A stretch of 64,000 nucleotides of DNA, from positions 8,807,685 through 8,871,684 of the forward strand of contig NC_057755.1 of assembly GCF_004010195.1 (NCBI RefSeq), written 5' to 3'. Made by a program: the position numbers and the translations under genes. This DNA comes from Chiloscyllium plagiosum. Taxonomy: Eukaryota. The notes under the pieces were generated by a model. The model ran no database searches and was not told the DNA's origin. It saw only the letters and a list, made by a program, of their open reading frames with translations. The stretch's first letter is position 1. Every line of letters starts with the position of its first letter. Below, in pieces: positions 26,373 to 37,675 of the stretch.

Positions 26373-28409
26373 TACACCCGGAGATACAAAAGATGTGTAA
26401 GGAAGGCAACATTACAGTGATCATAGGGCATTTCAGGCGAACTGGCTAGGTGAGGTTATTAGTCGAGTGCAAGAAAATAAATTTGATTAATGTCTTCTGG
26501 ATGGTTCTTTTGCAGCAGCTTGTGGTGGAGCCCATTCGGGAACACTCAATACTGGATTATTGTTGTGCAAAGAAGCAGAGTTGTTAAGGGAGTTCAAGAT
26601 GAAGGAACCTTTCAGAAGCAGTGAACAAAGTAAGGTTGAATTTCCTCTGCAGTTTGAGAGGGAGAAGGCAGAGTCAGATGTACCGGAATTACAGCTGAAT
26701 AAAGGCAACGGTAGAGGCATGAGTGAGGAGCTGGATAGAATTGACTGGGAGAGGAACCGAACTGGAAAGACAGTGGAACAGCAATGGCAGGGGTTTCTGA
26801 GGGCAATTCAGGAGACACAACAGAGACTCATCCTGAGGAAAATGATGCATGGTAATGGGAAGCGACGCAACCACGGCTGACTAGGGAAGTCAGGGATAGC
26901 ATAAAAGCAAAAGAGAAAGCAAAATATGTGGCGAAGAGCAATGGAAAACCAAAGGATTGGGAAGTTTACAAAAATCAACAGAGGGCAACAAAAAAGGAGG
27001 GAGAAGATTAAATATGAGGGTACACGAGCCAGTAAAATAAATGAAGAATGCAAGTGTTTGTTTAGATATGTAAAAGGGCAAAATAGAGGCAAACGTGGAC
27101 ATTGGGCCGCTGTAGAATGACGCTGAAGAGATAGTATTGGGGACCATGCAAATGTTTGGGGGAGTGAATAATTTTGCTTCGTGTCAGGCTCCACAATGGA
27201 AGACACGAGTAATATCCGCAAAATTGAACAGAGTAAGAGGGGAGAGATAAGTATGGTGCCCATGACCAAGGAGAAGGTACGAGAAAAACTGAATGGCCTG
27301 AATGTGGATAAGTCACCTAGACCAGATGGACTACACCTCAGAGTTCTAAAGAAGATATCTGAAGATGTAGTGGGGGCAGAAGCCATGACGTTTCAGGAAT
27401 GGCCACAATCAGTGAGGGTCCCAGAGGACTGGAAATTCTGCAATGGGACACCCCAGTTTAAAAAGTATGTAAGGCAAAACACCGAAAGTTACAGACAAAT
27501 TAGACTAACATCGGTCGTGGTTAAGATCCAGAAAGCATTGTGAATGATTAAATTTCTGAATATTTGGCAAGTGTATGCTCAAATAGGGCATAATCAGCAT
27601 AGTTTCAGCAAGGGGTTATCATGCAGGTCAAATCTGCTGGAATGCTCTAAGGAAGTAACACGCAGCTTGCAACAAGAGGGGGGGCGATGTATGTTATCTA
27701 CCTGGACTTCACTAATGCCTTTGACAAGATACCACACAGGAGGCTACTGAGTAAGCTAAGAGCTTGCGATATCAGAGGCAAGATGCTAGAATGGATAGCA
27801 TTGTTGACAGAGCAAGAGCAGAGAGTGGGGAGAAAAGGGTCCTTCTCAGGATGGCAGTAGGTGACAAGTGGTGTTCCACAAGGCTTCGTGTTAGGTCCAC
27901 AAATTTTCAGTTCATACGTTCACGACTTAGATGAAGGAACTGAGGGCATTCTAGCGACGTTTGCAGGCGAAACGAAGATAGGTAAAAGGACAGGGAGAAC
28001 TGAGGAGGTGGGGAGGTTGCGGGAGGATTTGTACAAGTTAGATGAGTGGACAAAGAAGTTGCAGATGCAGTATAATGTGGCAAAGTGTAAGGTATTCCAA
28101 TTTTCGAGAAAAAATCGAAGCATGGAATTTTCCAAATGAGGAGAAAATTTACAAGTCTGAAGTGAAAAGAGACTTCAGAAACTAGAAAGGAGTTCTAGTT
28201 CAGGATTCTCTCAAGGTGATCTTGCAGGTTGAGGCAGTGGTTAGGAAGGAAAATGCGCTGGTGGCATTCATTTTGAAAGAACGTGAACATATAAGCAGAG
28301 ATTTACTTCCGATAATCTATAAGGCTCTGGTAAGACAACATTTGGAGTATTGGGTGCAGATTTGGGCCCGATATGTCAGGATGTACTAGCCAACATTCAG
28401 AGGAGGCTA

Positions 28410-29650
28410 AGTAAAAACAAGGATTGCAGATGCTGGAAACCGGAGTCTAGATTAGAGTGGTGCTGGAAAAGCACAGCAGGTCAGACAGCATACGAGGAGC
28501 AGGAAAATCGACGTTACAGGCAAAAGGCATTCATCAGTGATAGAGGCAGGGTGCCTGCTGAGTGGAGAGATAAATGAGAGGGGGTGGGGGTGGGGAGAAA
28601 GTAGCATAGAGTAAAATAGGTAACTGGGAGTGGTGATGAAGGTGATAGGTCAGAGAGGAGGGTGGAGTGGATAGGTAAAGGAAGATAGGCAGGTAGGACA
28701 GGTCATGAGGGCGATGCTGAGCTGGAAGGTTGGAGCTGGGGTGAGGTGGGGGAAGGGGAAATGAGAAACTGGCGAAATCCACATTGATACCATGGGGTTA
28801 ACGTGTTCCGAGGCGTTCTTCCTCCAGGCATAGGGTGGTGAGGGAGCAGCGGTGGAGGAGGCCTAGAAGCTGCATGTCCTTGCCAGAGTGTGCGGAGGAG
28901 TTGAAATGTTGGGCCACAGGGCGGGTGCGGGTGTCCAGGAGATGTTCCCTAAAGCGCTCTGCAAGGAGCCTTCCAGTCTCCCCAATGTAGTGGAGACCAC
29001 ATTGGGAGCAACGGATGCAACAAATGACATTGGTGGATGTGCAGGTAAAACTTTGGTGGATGTGTAAGGCTCACTTGGGGCCTTGGATGGAGGTGAGGGA
29101 CGAGGTGTGGGCGCAAGTTTTGCAATTCCTGCGGTGGCAGGGGAGGGTGCCAGGAAGGGACGGTGGGTTGTTGGGGGGCGTGGACCTGACCAGGTAGGCA
29201 CAGAAGGAAATGTTTTTGCGGAAAGCGGAAATGAGTGGAGGGTGAAATATATCCCTGGTGGTGGGGTCCGTTTGGAGGTGGCGGAAACATTGTCAGATGA
29301 TGTGGTTTATGCGAAGGTTGGTACGGTGGAAGGTGAGCACCGTGGGGCTGTGTCCTTGTTACAGTTGGAGGGTTGGGGTTTGTAGGAGGAGCGGCGGGAT
29401 ATGGACGAGATCCGTTGGAGGGCATCTTTAGCTACGTGGGACCGGAAATTGTGGTCTTTAAAGAAGGAGGCCATCTGGTGTGTTCTGTGGTGGAACTGGT
29501 CCTCCTGTGAGCAGATACGGCGGAGGCAGAGGAATTGGGAATACGGGATGGCATTTTTGAAGGAGGTAGGGTGGGAAGATATGTAATCCAGGTAGCTGTG
29601 GGAATGTGTGGGTTTGTAAAAATGTCAGTATCAAGTCGGTCGTCAAGGCT
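28410..29650 (-). mobile_element. Penelope-like element fragment
   Basis: RT C-terminal and GIY-YIG remnants (CIRCSQCGLHYIGETG) plus terminal repeat ctagattagagtggtgctggaaaagcacagcaggtcag. Confidence 0.8.
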
Positions 29651-30114
29651 CACGGGAAGGCTCACGAGAATGGATCCAGGAATGAAAATCTTACCAGATG
29701 AGGAACGTTTGAGGACTGTGGGTTTATCCTTGATGGAGTTTATAAGGATGAAGAGGCATCTCATTGAAATGTACAGAATATTGAATGGCCTGTTCAGAGT
29801 GTATGTTGGGAAGATGGTTCCATTGGTAGGACACGAGGGTACAGCCTTAGAGTAAAGGGAAGACTTTTTGGAGCAGAGGTAAGGAGAAACTTCTTCAGCC
29901 GGAGCGTGGTGAATCTACGCAATTCGTTGCCACAGAAGGTAGTGGAGGAGGACAGGTCACTGAGTACATTTAAGACGGAGGCACATAGGTTCTTTAGTAT
30001 CAAGTGAACCAAGGGTTCTGGGGAGAAAGCGGGAGAATGAGGTTGAGAAACATATCAGCCATGATTGAATGGTGGGTAGACTCCATTGGCAGATTGGCTT
30101 AATTTATGATCTGG

Positions 30115-31210
30115 ACTTCGGGTGACAACATTTGGTGTTGAAACCACAGAAATGTCGAAGTATGGATATGAGGCAGAGTCGATGTGAGGTTAGGTCCCAT
30201 AAATTACATAGTTTGTGTAAGTCAGGCAGTCTTACACATGTAGATCATATGAAAGCTGCTACATTGCAAACGAGGCAGGAGCAAGTCATACCTATCTCCT
30301 CAAACAGCCAGAAAGTCTGTTCCAAACAGTGGATTCTCCACCAATGTCGAGTGTCAAAGAAACTTGAAGAAGAGGATGGAACTCTCCCGAGACGCTGCAG
30401 GTGGAAGAGGCTGGTTTCGGTCCAGGAAACATCGCCTGTGACTGAAGCAGAGTCAGAGGAAACAGACCTGGGGTGAACACGGCCCGGGAGAAGCTACAAG
30501 GTAAAGATCAGACTTACTTCCTCCGACTTGGTGGGCAAGTAACATCATCATTGGAACTTGGGCCTTGTGGATTACATTGACTATGAGATCCTTAAAGGTT
30601 TTGTCAACCTGGGCCAATCAGGGAGCCCTGGCTGACAGATGTAAACTGCATATTGTCTCTGCCGAATGCCTGTCCCTCTTCTGCAATGAGGTTGGAGCTG
30701 GGTGTCCTTGACAAGGGAGCATGTAGTGACTACCAATGCCTAAAGGGAGAAGTTGTGATTGCGGCACTAGAGTGCTTTATTTTCCCCTCCAAAATCATTT
30801 TCATTTCGTCTTTACCCTTCCCTGCTCTTTCATTTTCTTTTCTCACTCATGCCTTGCTCTTATTGGGCTTTGCTTGTTAATGGTTACTTGGCCACACGGA
30901 TGATTTTCCTGGTGGTGAAATTATAGCATAAATTTATTTCACAATGGTGCCTTTTTCACTGACTCTGTGCACACACACACACGCAGCCACGAATGCACGG
31001 GCGCTGTGGGGGAAATATCAGCGCTACTACAGTGCAGTGGTCACCTGGGAGTGTTTTTTTTAAAGAGAAAAAGAAAATAAAGGAAAAACAGGAGGACCTC
31101 TTGGCTCCAGGCACTGGCTTTGAGGTGGCTGTTTGGAGCCCATGTGCTGTGCGTTTGTAATAAAGGGTGACTTGGTACAGGGTTACCGACCTCGGTGCAG
31201 TTATTTACGT
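30115..31210 (+). mobile_element. 3' end and 3' LTR of the Gypsy remnant (LTR ~30540-31210, containing a Tx1-like insert)
   Basis: HVDHMK integrase-tail remnant and LTR ccaatcagggagccctggctgacagatgtaaac ... aataaagggtgacttgg...cagttattt. Confidence 0.7.
30655..31086 (+). mobile_element. Tx1/L1-clade non-LTR retrotransposon, 5'-truncated (ORF2 C-terminus + 3'UTR + A-rich tail)
   Basis: AECLSLFC...REHVVTTNA..ALECFIFPS resembles the Tx1 ORF2 C-terminus, followed by an A-rich tail. The paralog at 55542-55984 reads AECLSLFCSDVRGRVSLER*HAMSANALDALRER. Confidence 0.6.
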
Positions 31211-32039
31211 GTTAAATGAAAGCATTCCTTTGTCATGAATGTGAATTGATTGGAAATCTGAACTAGAATAAAAGAGAACAGTCACTTGGGTGTTGGCAGA
31301 TTGAGTCTGGCGGGTGCCACAAGGGAGGAAACTAAATCCACAACTATTTTCAATCGGTTACATGAGCACAAATTGCTAGGTGCGTTTTTCTTTTTCTTTT
31401 TGCAATGTTGCAGACATTGGAGCTGTGCCAGCATTGATAGCCCGTCCCTAGTTGCCCCTTGAAGGTGGTGTATTTCTGCTTATTTTCACTTGCTGTGGGC
31501 TGACCCACAATGCCCTTGGCGAAGAAATTCCAGGACTTTGATCCAACAACAGTTAAGGAGCATTTCCCAGTCTAGATGGTGACCTACTTCGAGGAGAATG
31601 TGCAGGGGGTGGTGTTCCCATGTATGTGCTGCCCTTGTCTGGTTGGAATTGATCATGTATTTGAAGGTGCTATATGAAAATCTTTAGTAAAGTTCTGCAG
31701 TGTATCTAGTAGACGGTACACACATCTGCTGCTGCCTGCCACTGTTGGAGGGGCTCTTTGTGTGTGGATTTAGTTACAATCAAGTGAGTTGCTTTATCCT
31801 GAATGGTGGGAGTCAAAGAATGTGTTTCTGGAAAGGTACAGCAGGTCAGGAGGCATTTGAGGTGCAGGAGAGTCGACGTTTCGGGCATAAGTCCTTTATC
31901 AGGAGTGTTGGAATAGTGGGCCCAAGGGGGCTGAGAGACAAATGGGAGCAAGGTAGGGCTGTGGGGGTAGGAGGGGGTGAACGGTCACTTTCTCCTTGAC
32001 CGTGATGGTGTCAAGCTTCCTCAGATTGCTTGGGGCTTT

Positions 32040-32330
32040 ACCATTGCAGGTAAGAGGATTAAGGGGCATCAAGGGAAGACTGAGATCCCTGAGAGAGATT
32101 GGAGATTTTCGAACTACTTGACACAGAGGTGTGGATTAACAGTCCTGCCTATATTTAAGGCAGAAAGAGACAGATTCCTGATCAGTTGAGGATTTATGGT
32201 TTATGGGGAAAGTTGCAGGAAAGTGGGCATGATTACTGTCGGACCAGCCATGATCCTATTGAATGATGTACCAAACTCGAGGGGCCGAACGGTCTTCTCC
32301 TGTTTTCGATTATTATAGCATTATGGTCTT
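32040..32330 (+). mobile_element. CR1-like LINE 3' end fragment
   Basis: atttaaggcagaaagagacagattc..cagccatgatcctattgaatg..ctcgaggggccgaac. Confidence 0.55.
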
Positions 32331-33468
32331 ATAGACCATCTGCTCTATAAGTAAAGGAGCCACCGATCTTCACGCATCCCTTGTTAGAGACGAATGACTG
32401 AAGACAATCACTTGACACTCAGTTCCATTCCAAACATCAAATGGTTGATTTCATAAAAAGCAGAGAGTAATTCGCAGGGTCGACTATGTGCTTATGCACC
32501 GAGCAAAGGAGATCCTGCACTTTATTTACTTTTAATTCAGCACATCCTGGCTGGTTCATGATTTCCTTCATAATGGGTCGCAGTGTTCAAGAATTTTCTT
32601 GATAATTAGTGTCCATGCTCAGTATTTGTTTCACAGTGAATCTTGGTGCTGAGTCTATGTTCAGGGAGCTGCTAGGATACGAAAAGTTAAATGAACATCC
32701 ACTGTACGTTGTAGTTAGAATGCTCGGAAATAAACAGGAGACAGTAACAATAAAAAGTCACAATTGCAGACAGGGACTGAAACTTTAACTGGCACTTTAT
32801 AACAGCTTAAACTAAACAAAACGTGAGCTGCACACAATGAAGAATTTTCAGGAATGTTGACGATGGGCTAGTTACAATGATGGAGGGTGGGGCATGGTAT
32901 AGAACAATGTGGACAACTAGGCAAGTTGTTTTTAGGAAGCAATGCCAGAGACAAACTGTGAACTGTGGAAGACACTTTTAAATATTGTACGTTATGGTCC
33001 CAGTTTCTTAATATTACAGGTCCAACCAGATCCTGGAATGAGTGGAATTTGGAAGATTTTAAGATTAATCTTTGCATTTGGCTGCCATTGATCATATGCA
33101 CATCAGGTTATCACTTTCCTTTCAACAAAAGAACATAAACTTATTGATGAGAAAAAAAAAGCCAAAAATAAATTGGAAATCGGAAAATGTTTTCACATGA
33201 AACAGCAAAAGAAAGACTCAGGCCTTTGACCAGCAACATCCGTCACACATTCTCAACCTCAGTGAAATATTATTCAAAATTTATTTCATCAATTTTGTGC
33301 ACACCTGATTATTAACAGTTTTTATGGCCGAGAGGCGTCTTTCCAATTCTGAGGACATAGAATTAATTTCAGTTAATGCAGACAAGGAAATTTCACAAGC
33401 TCTTTCATCCTGGGGATCCTGTTGTACGACTGGAAATACATATTCAAATCGAGGTCAAACTTATATGC

Positions 33469-34373
33469 TTATTTGAATAGTTTAACAATTCGAGTAAATG
33501 GATATTTTACACCGTTGATTAACTCCTCTCTGAATTTCGTTTGTGTTAAGGCGTATATGCAGGTGTTGGTGCATGAACTCAGAAGCCGTAGCATGAATCC
33601 AATTTCTTGAAAGACAAATACTGAATCATTCAAAGTCTTGTCCTTATAATTATGGTTTACTTCTCGCCGGATTAAAACTCGTATGACAAGTGGTGTCCAC
33701 AACAGTACAAAATTAGCAGACAGTGCAAAAAGCAAAATGATGGATTTTCTCCGGTTTACCACCTCTGGATCAATATTGTTCTGTCCATTTCCGTTGATCT
33801 GGAGGCGACAGCGGATGTTGTTGGCTCTTATAATATGCCTGACAGTCAGAGCATTGAACATCAAAATCAATACAATTGGAAGGAATGGTATCATTATAAT
33901 ATTAATCAATACATACACTTTCCAAAATATTGACTTGTAATAGGCTGATGTTATGATGCAAAACCACGGTACATTGTCAATAACAACTGAAGGAATAAAT
34001 ACAAAATACCAAATAAATGACCGCAAACAGCTGACCGCACTCACAGTTACTATAACCACCAATGCAGTTTTTCTATTACAATATCTTGCTCTTAGCTTGT
34101 GGCAACAAACTGCGACAAACCGATCAAATGTGAAAGCGACTGTGAACCAAACAGAGCAGTCTAGGGCTGCAATATAGAAAACAACTCTCAAGGCACACAC
34201 AGGAGTGATGAATAAGAAAGTAACTGGGAAATAAAGATTATTAATACGGTCCAGTAAGATATTAAGGATGACGAGAAGCAGATCTGCTGTAGACATTGCC
34301 AATAGATAGCGAGTGATGCATTTGGAGAGCCCACAATTGCCTCGTTTCAGGATTATAATTCCCACTAAATTAA
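33469..34373 (-). CDS. GPR139/GPR142-like class A GPCR, copy B, coding exon 2 (intact; 324 aa with exon 1)
   Basis: Open frame with TM segments and class A motifs: AMSTADLL (TM2), C3.25 (TPVC) exactly 25 residues before R3.50 of FDRF, PFLP (TM5), LWTP (TM6), NTCIY (NPxxY variant), KFREE helix 8. Acceptor ttcag ends at 34374. 905 nt + 70 nt exon 1 = 325 codons including TAA. Confidence 0.9.
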
Positions 34374-34498
34374 CTGAAAGAAAAATAAGCAAAGGTACAC
34401 GCCTTCGTAACTGGAGTCACAGCAAAAACATCAACATAATATGTATGCTAAATCATGCCAATTGCCTCAGATGTATATATTCACTCAATTACATGATA

Positions 34499-34729
34499 AA
34501 TGGTCTAGATTAGAGTGGTGCTGGAAAAGCACAGCAGGTCAGGCAGCATCCGAGGAGCAGGTATATCGACGTTTTGGACAAAAGTCCTTCATCAGGAAGC
34601 CCTGATGAATGGCTTTTGTCCGAAACGTCGATTTTCCTGCTCCTTGGATGCTGCCTGACCTGCTGTGCTTTTCCAGCACCACTCTAATCAAGACTCTGGT
34701 TTTCAGCATCTGCTGTCCTTGTTTTTACC
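34499..34729. mobile_element. Palindromic Penelope terminal-repeat element in the intron of copy B, 9-bp TSD
   Basis: Inverted arms ~34504-34595 and ~34600-34693. TSD tacatgata at 34490-34498 and 34730-34738. Absent in copies A and C. Confidence 0.85.
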
Positions 34730-34853
34730 TACATGATACATGCTGAGAAGTTACAATGAAAACATTGACTCAACCAAACCAGAATGACATAAAGGCATTT
34801 TGAGAACCAATGGACAAACCGAATAAATGAACAAATAAATGAGGAATAAAACC

Positions 34854-35278
34854 TGTTATGAATGAAAAGCTCAGCTTTTCTGTGGTTTGGTTTGCTTTGA
34901 ACAGGCTGTCAGTGGTGAACCTGCAGGAGCCAAAGAAGCAGGCCCAGGCTGATCCTCCGTCTCTCAGACATCTCTTCTGTAAGAACCTGGGTTTGATTTT
35001 ACCCTTTGTGCCAATCGGTGCTATGGGGATTGTAATTGGAACAGCAGCGCTAATTTGGAATAATTTGCTGGGTTTTCAGAATAGGTTAAGTTATTCTCTG
35101 TTCTGTTCACTTTTGTTCCTGTTTCATTTGATTATCTTGCAAATAAATGTTGTTTTCTTTAAAACTAAGTGTTTGGGCCAGCTGTATCACACCTGGAATA
35201 TCCACCTCATACCTGCAATTTATGGCCTTCGCTACTTTCTTGAAATGTTTTGACGGGGTTCTTGCCTTGTCCATAACA
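34854..35278. mobile_element. Solo LTR or LTR fragment
   Basis: Perfect termini TGTTATG...CATAACA with an internal aataaa. No TSD seen. Confidence 0.6.
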
Positions 35279-35845
35279 GTTTGGCATTGTGGCTTCCCAT
35301 TGTATGTGCACAGAATTAATTTGTCAAAAAAAATTTAAAAGCTGCGAGCATAATTTATGATGTTTGGACTCCAGAAAGCTTTGGAAGCTGGATCACTAAA
35401 AGCATTTGAAAAAGAGATCGATAAACTTTTGAAATACCAAGACGTTGAAAGCTATGTGGAATTGGAATGAAAGAAGTTTTGAGACTTGAGGTAGATGAGC
35501 CATGATCTTATTAACAGCCGGCAGTCTTGAGGATCGCATGCTTCTGCTCCTGTTTCTGAGTTTCTTATATCATATCAGAAATTCTTAAGCATCATGGAGG
35601 TGTGAGAATTCGAGCTTTGGAGAAGATCAACATATTGGAGGGAGAACTTCAAAGGGCATCAGCAAAATGAACTTTGTGTACCATCCTGTTTGAACTTTGA
35701 GCTATAAAAATAAATCTGAATAAGAACATAAGAGTGCGGAACTCCGAGAAGAAGACTTTGAGGACCACACTCAGAAATGCATGCTTTGCTGTAGGGATAA
35801 TAAATTGACTGAGGTATACAGAAACCCACAATTGTTTGCAATTTG

Positions 35846-36195
35846 CAAGGTGGCTCAATGGTTATCACAGCTGCTTCATAACACTAGGGGCCCGGGTTTG
35901 ATTCCACCCTCGGACTCGTGTCTGTGTGGAGTTTGCATATTCTCCCTGTGTCTGTGTAGGTTTCCTCTGAGTGCTCCAGTTTCCTCCCACAACCCAAAGA
36001 AGTGTAGATTAGCTGGATAGGCACGGTACGTTGGCCCATTGTATCAATGGATGCGCAGGCTTGGTGTGTTAGCCACGGGGAATGCAAAATTAGGGGAAAA
36101 GCGTCGAGTGGGGCTTGGGGATGGATTAGATACTCTAAGGAGGATTGGTGTGGACTCGATGGGCCGAATGTCCCACATTGTAGGGATTTTATGAA
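35846..36195 (+). mobile_element. HE1-like SINE (positional paralog of 5627-5985)
   Basis: ggtggctcaatggtt A box and tgtgtggagtttgcatattctccctgtgtctg body. Confidence 0.75.
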
Positions 36196-36934
36196 CTGTT
36201 CTGCGGAAAGAAATTCAGCAAATTTTAAAGCGTTTAGAACTGATGACGAACAAGGATTCTTCTCATAGAATCTGTTATCCTGCTCATTGACCTTGACAAG
36301 AGGATTTCCATTTGATAAAGTGATGATGGTAAATTGCACAAGTGAACTTTACTCTCTATTCCAGGAGTAAAAGAAGAACACATTTAACTCAGTCCATGCA
36401 AAGCAATGTTGGAATAAAAATCTGAACAAGTGATGTCACACCATGTATAATCTGATTTGCTTCCCTTCATAGACATTGCCAGATAATTAAAAGCATTGAT
36501 ATGTTTTCAACCTCTGGAGAAGGTGGTACTTGAAGCTGGAACTCCCTGGTCGACCAGTCCGGATGAATACCATTAATACAACATAGTTGATTGTTGCTGT
36601 GAATGTACTTGGGAGACAATGTGACACACCTCTTTGCAATTGTAACAGTCAGATTGTAGATGCACGTACTAATCTCAGGCGCCAAACTGTGTAATTATTT
36701 ATTCAAGCTCACAACAGACAGACCCAGCGGCAGCAGTTTTTATGTGGGCAGAAGCCGATGCTGCTAATCTGATGGTCCACAATTAAAGTTATTTTGAATT
36801 GCTGTATTTGATAATGCAGGACAATATTTTACATCTTCTGCTAATCACTGCCTTAAAAACAGTCAAAGAACGAAAAGAGATCACAGGACCACTCGATCAC
36901 AAGGAATCAGAAAAATATCTTTCAATAAAGTAAG

Positions 36935-37675
36935 GTCCGAGGGAGTGTTGCTGAACCAAGAGACCTTGGAGTTCAGGTTCATAGCTCCTTAAAAAGTGGT
37001 GTCGCAAGTAGTTAGGATAGTGAAGAAGGCGTTTGGTATGCTTTCCTTTATTGGTCAGACTATTGAGTACAGGAGTTGGGAGGTCATGTTGCGGCTATAC
37101 AGGACATTTGGTTAGGCCACTGTTGGAATATTGCGTGCAATTTTGGTCTCCTTCCTATCGGAAAGATGTTGTGAAACTTGAAAGGGTTCACAAAAGATTC
37201 ACAAGGATGTTGCCAGGGTTGAAGGATCTGAGCTACAGGGAGTGGCTGAACAGGCTGGGGCTGTTTTCCCTGAGCGTCGGAGGCTGAAGTGTTGACCTTA
37301 TAAAGGTTACAAAATTATGAGGGGCATGGATAGGATAAATAGGCAAAGTCGTTTCCCTGTGGTCGGGGAGTTCAGAACTAGAGTGCATAGGTTTAGGGTG
37401 AGAGGGGAAATATATAAAAGAGACCTAAGGGACAACGTTTCCACGCAGAGGGTGGTACGTGCATGGAATGAGCTGCCTGAGGATGTGGTGGAGGCTGGTA
37501 CAATTGCAACATTTAAGAGGCATTTGGATGGTCTATGAATAGGAAGGATTTGAAGGGATATGGGCCGGGTACTGGCAGGAGGTACTAGATTGGGTTGGGA
37601 TATCTGGTCGGCATGGACGGGTTGGACCGAAGGATCTGTTTCCATGCTGTACATCTCTGTGACTCTATGATTCTA
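36935..37675 (+). mobile_element. CR1/HER1 LINE 3' fragment
   Basis: LVRPLLEYCVQFWSPSYRKDVVKLERV; closely similar to 25660-26372. Confidence 0.88.

Larger units (their letters stand above)
25530..30115 (+). mobile_element. Degenerate CR1 LINE nested in the Gypsy element, itself containing a younger CR1 3' piece and a Penelope
   Basis: ESVWVEL remnant near 25560, KSPRPDGLHLRVLK, TSGVPQGFVLGP, FAGETKIG. The 3' end resumes at ~29660. Confidence 0.8.
1..32794. repeat. Segmental duplication unit A (GPCR gene + satellite array + Gypsy remnant)
   Basis: Position 1 (tttcataacagctt...ttcaggaatgttga) aligns with ~32795 and ~56881. Shared blocks: 5130-5630/35310-35840, 8620-8960/36190-36510, 9360-12070/36570-40030, 23470-25510/52060-54965, 30130-31810/54980-56690. 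Confidence 0.85.

Noticed and set aside
25668..26420. 250-aa ORF as a host gene
   Set aside because: It is the CR1 reverse transcriptase C-terminus running into the 3'UTR.
34374..34392. ORF-track start MLIFLS for the GPCR (single-exon model)
   Set aside because: It lies in the polypyrimidine tract/acceptor and gives an incomplete TM1. A phase-compatible exon 1 exists at 39822-39891.
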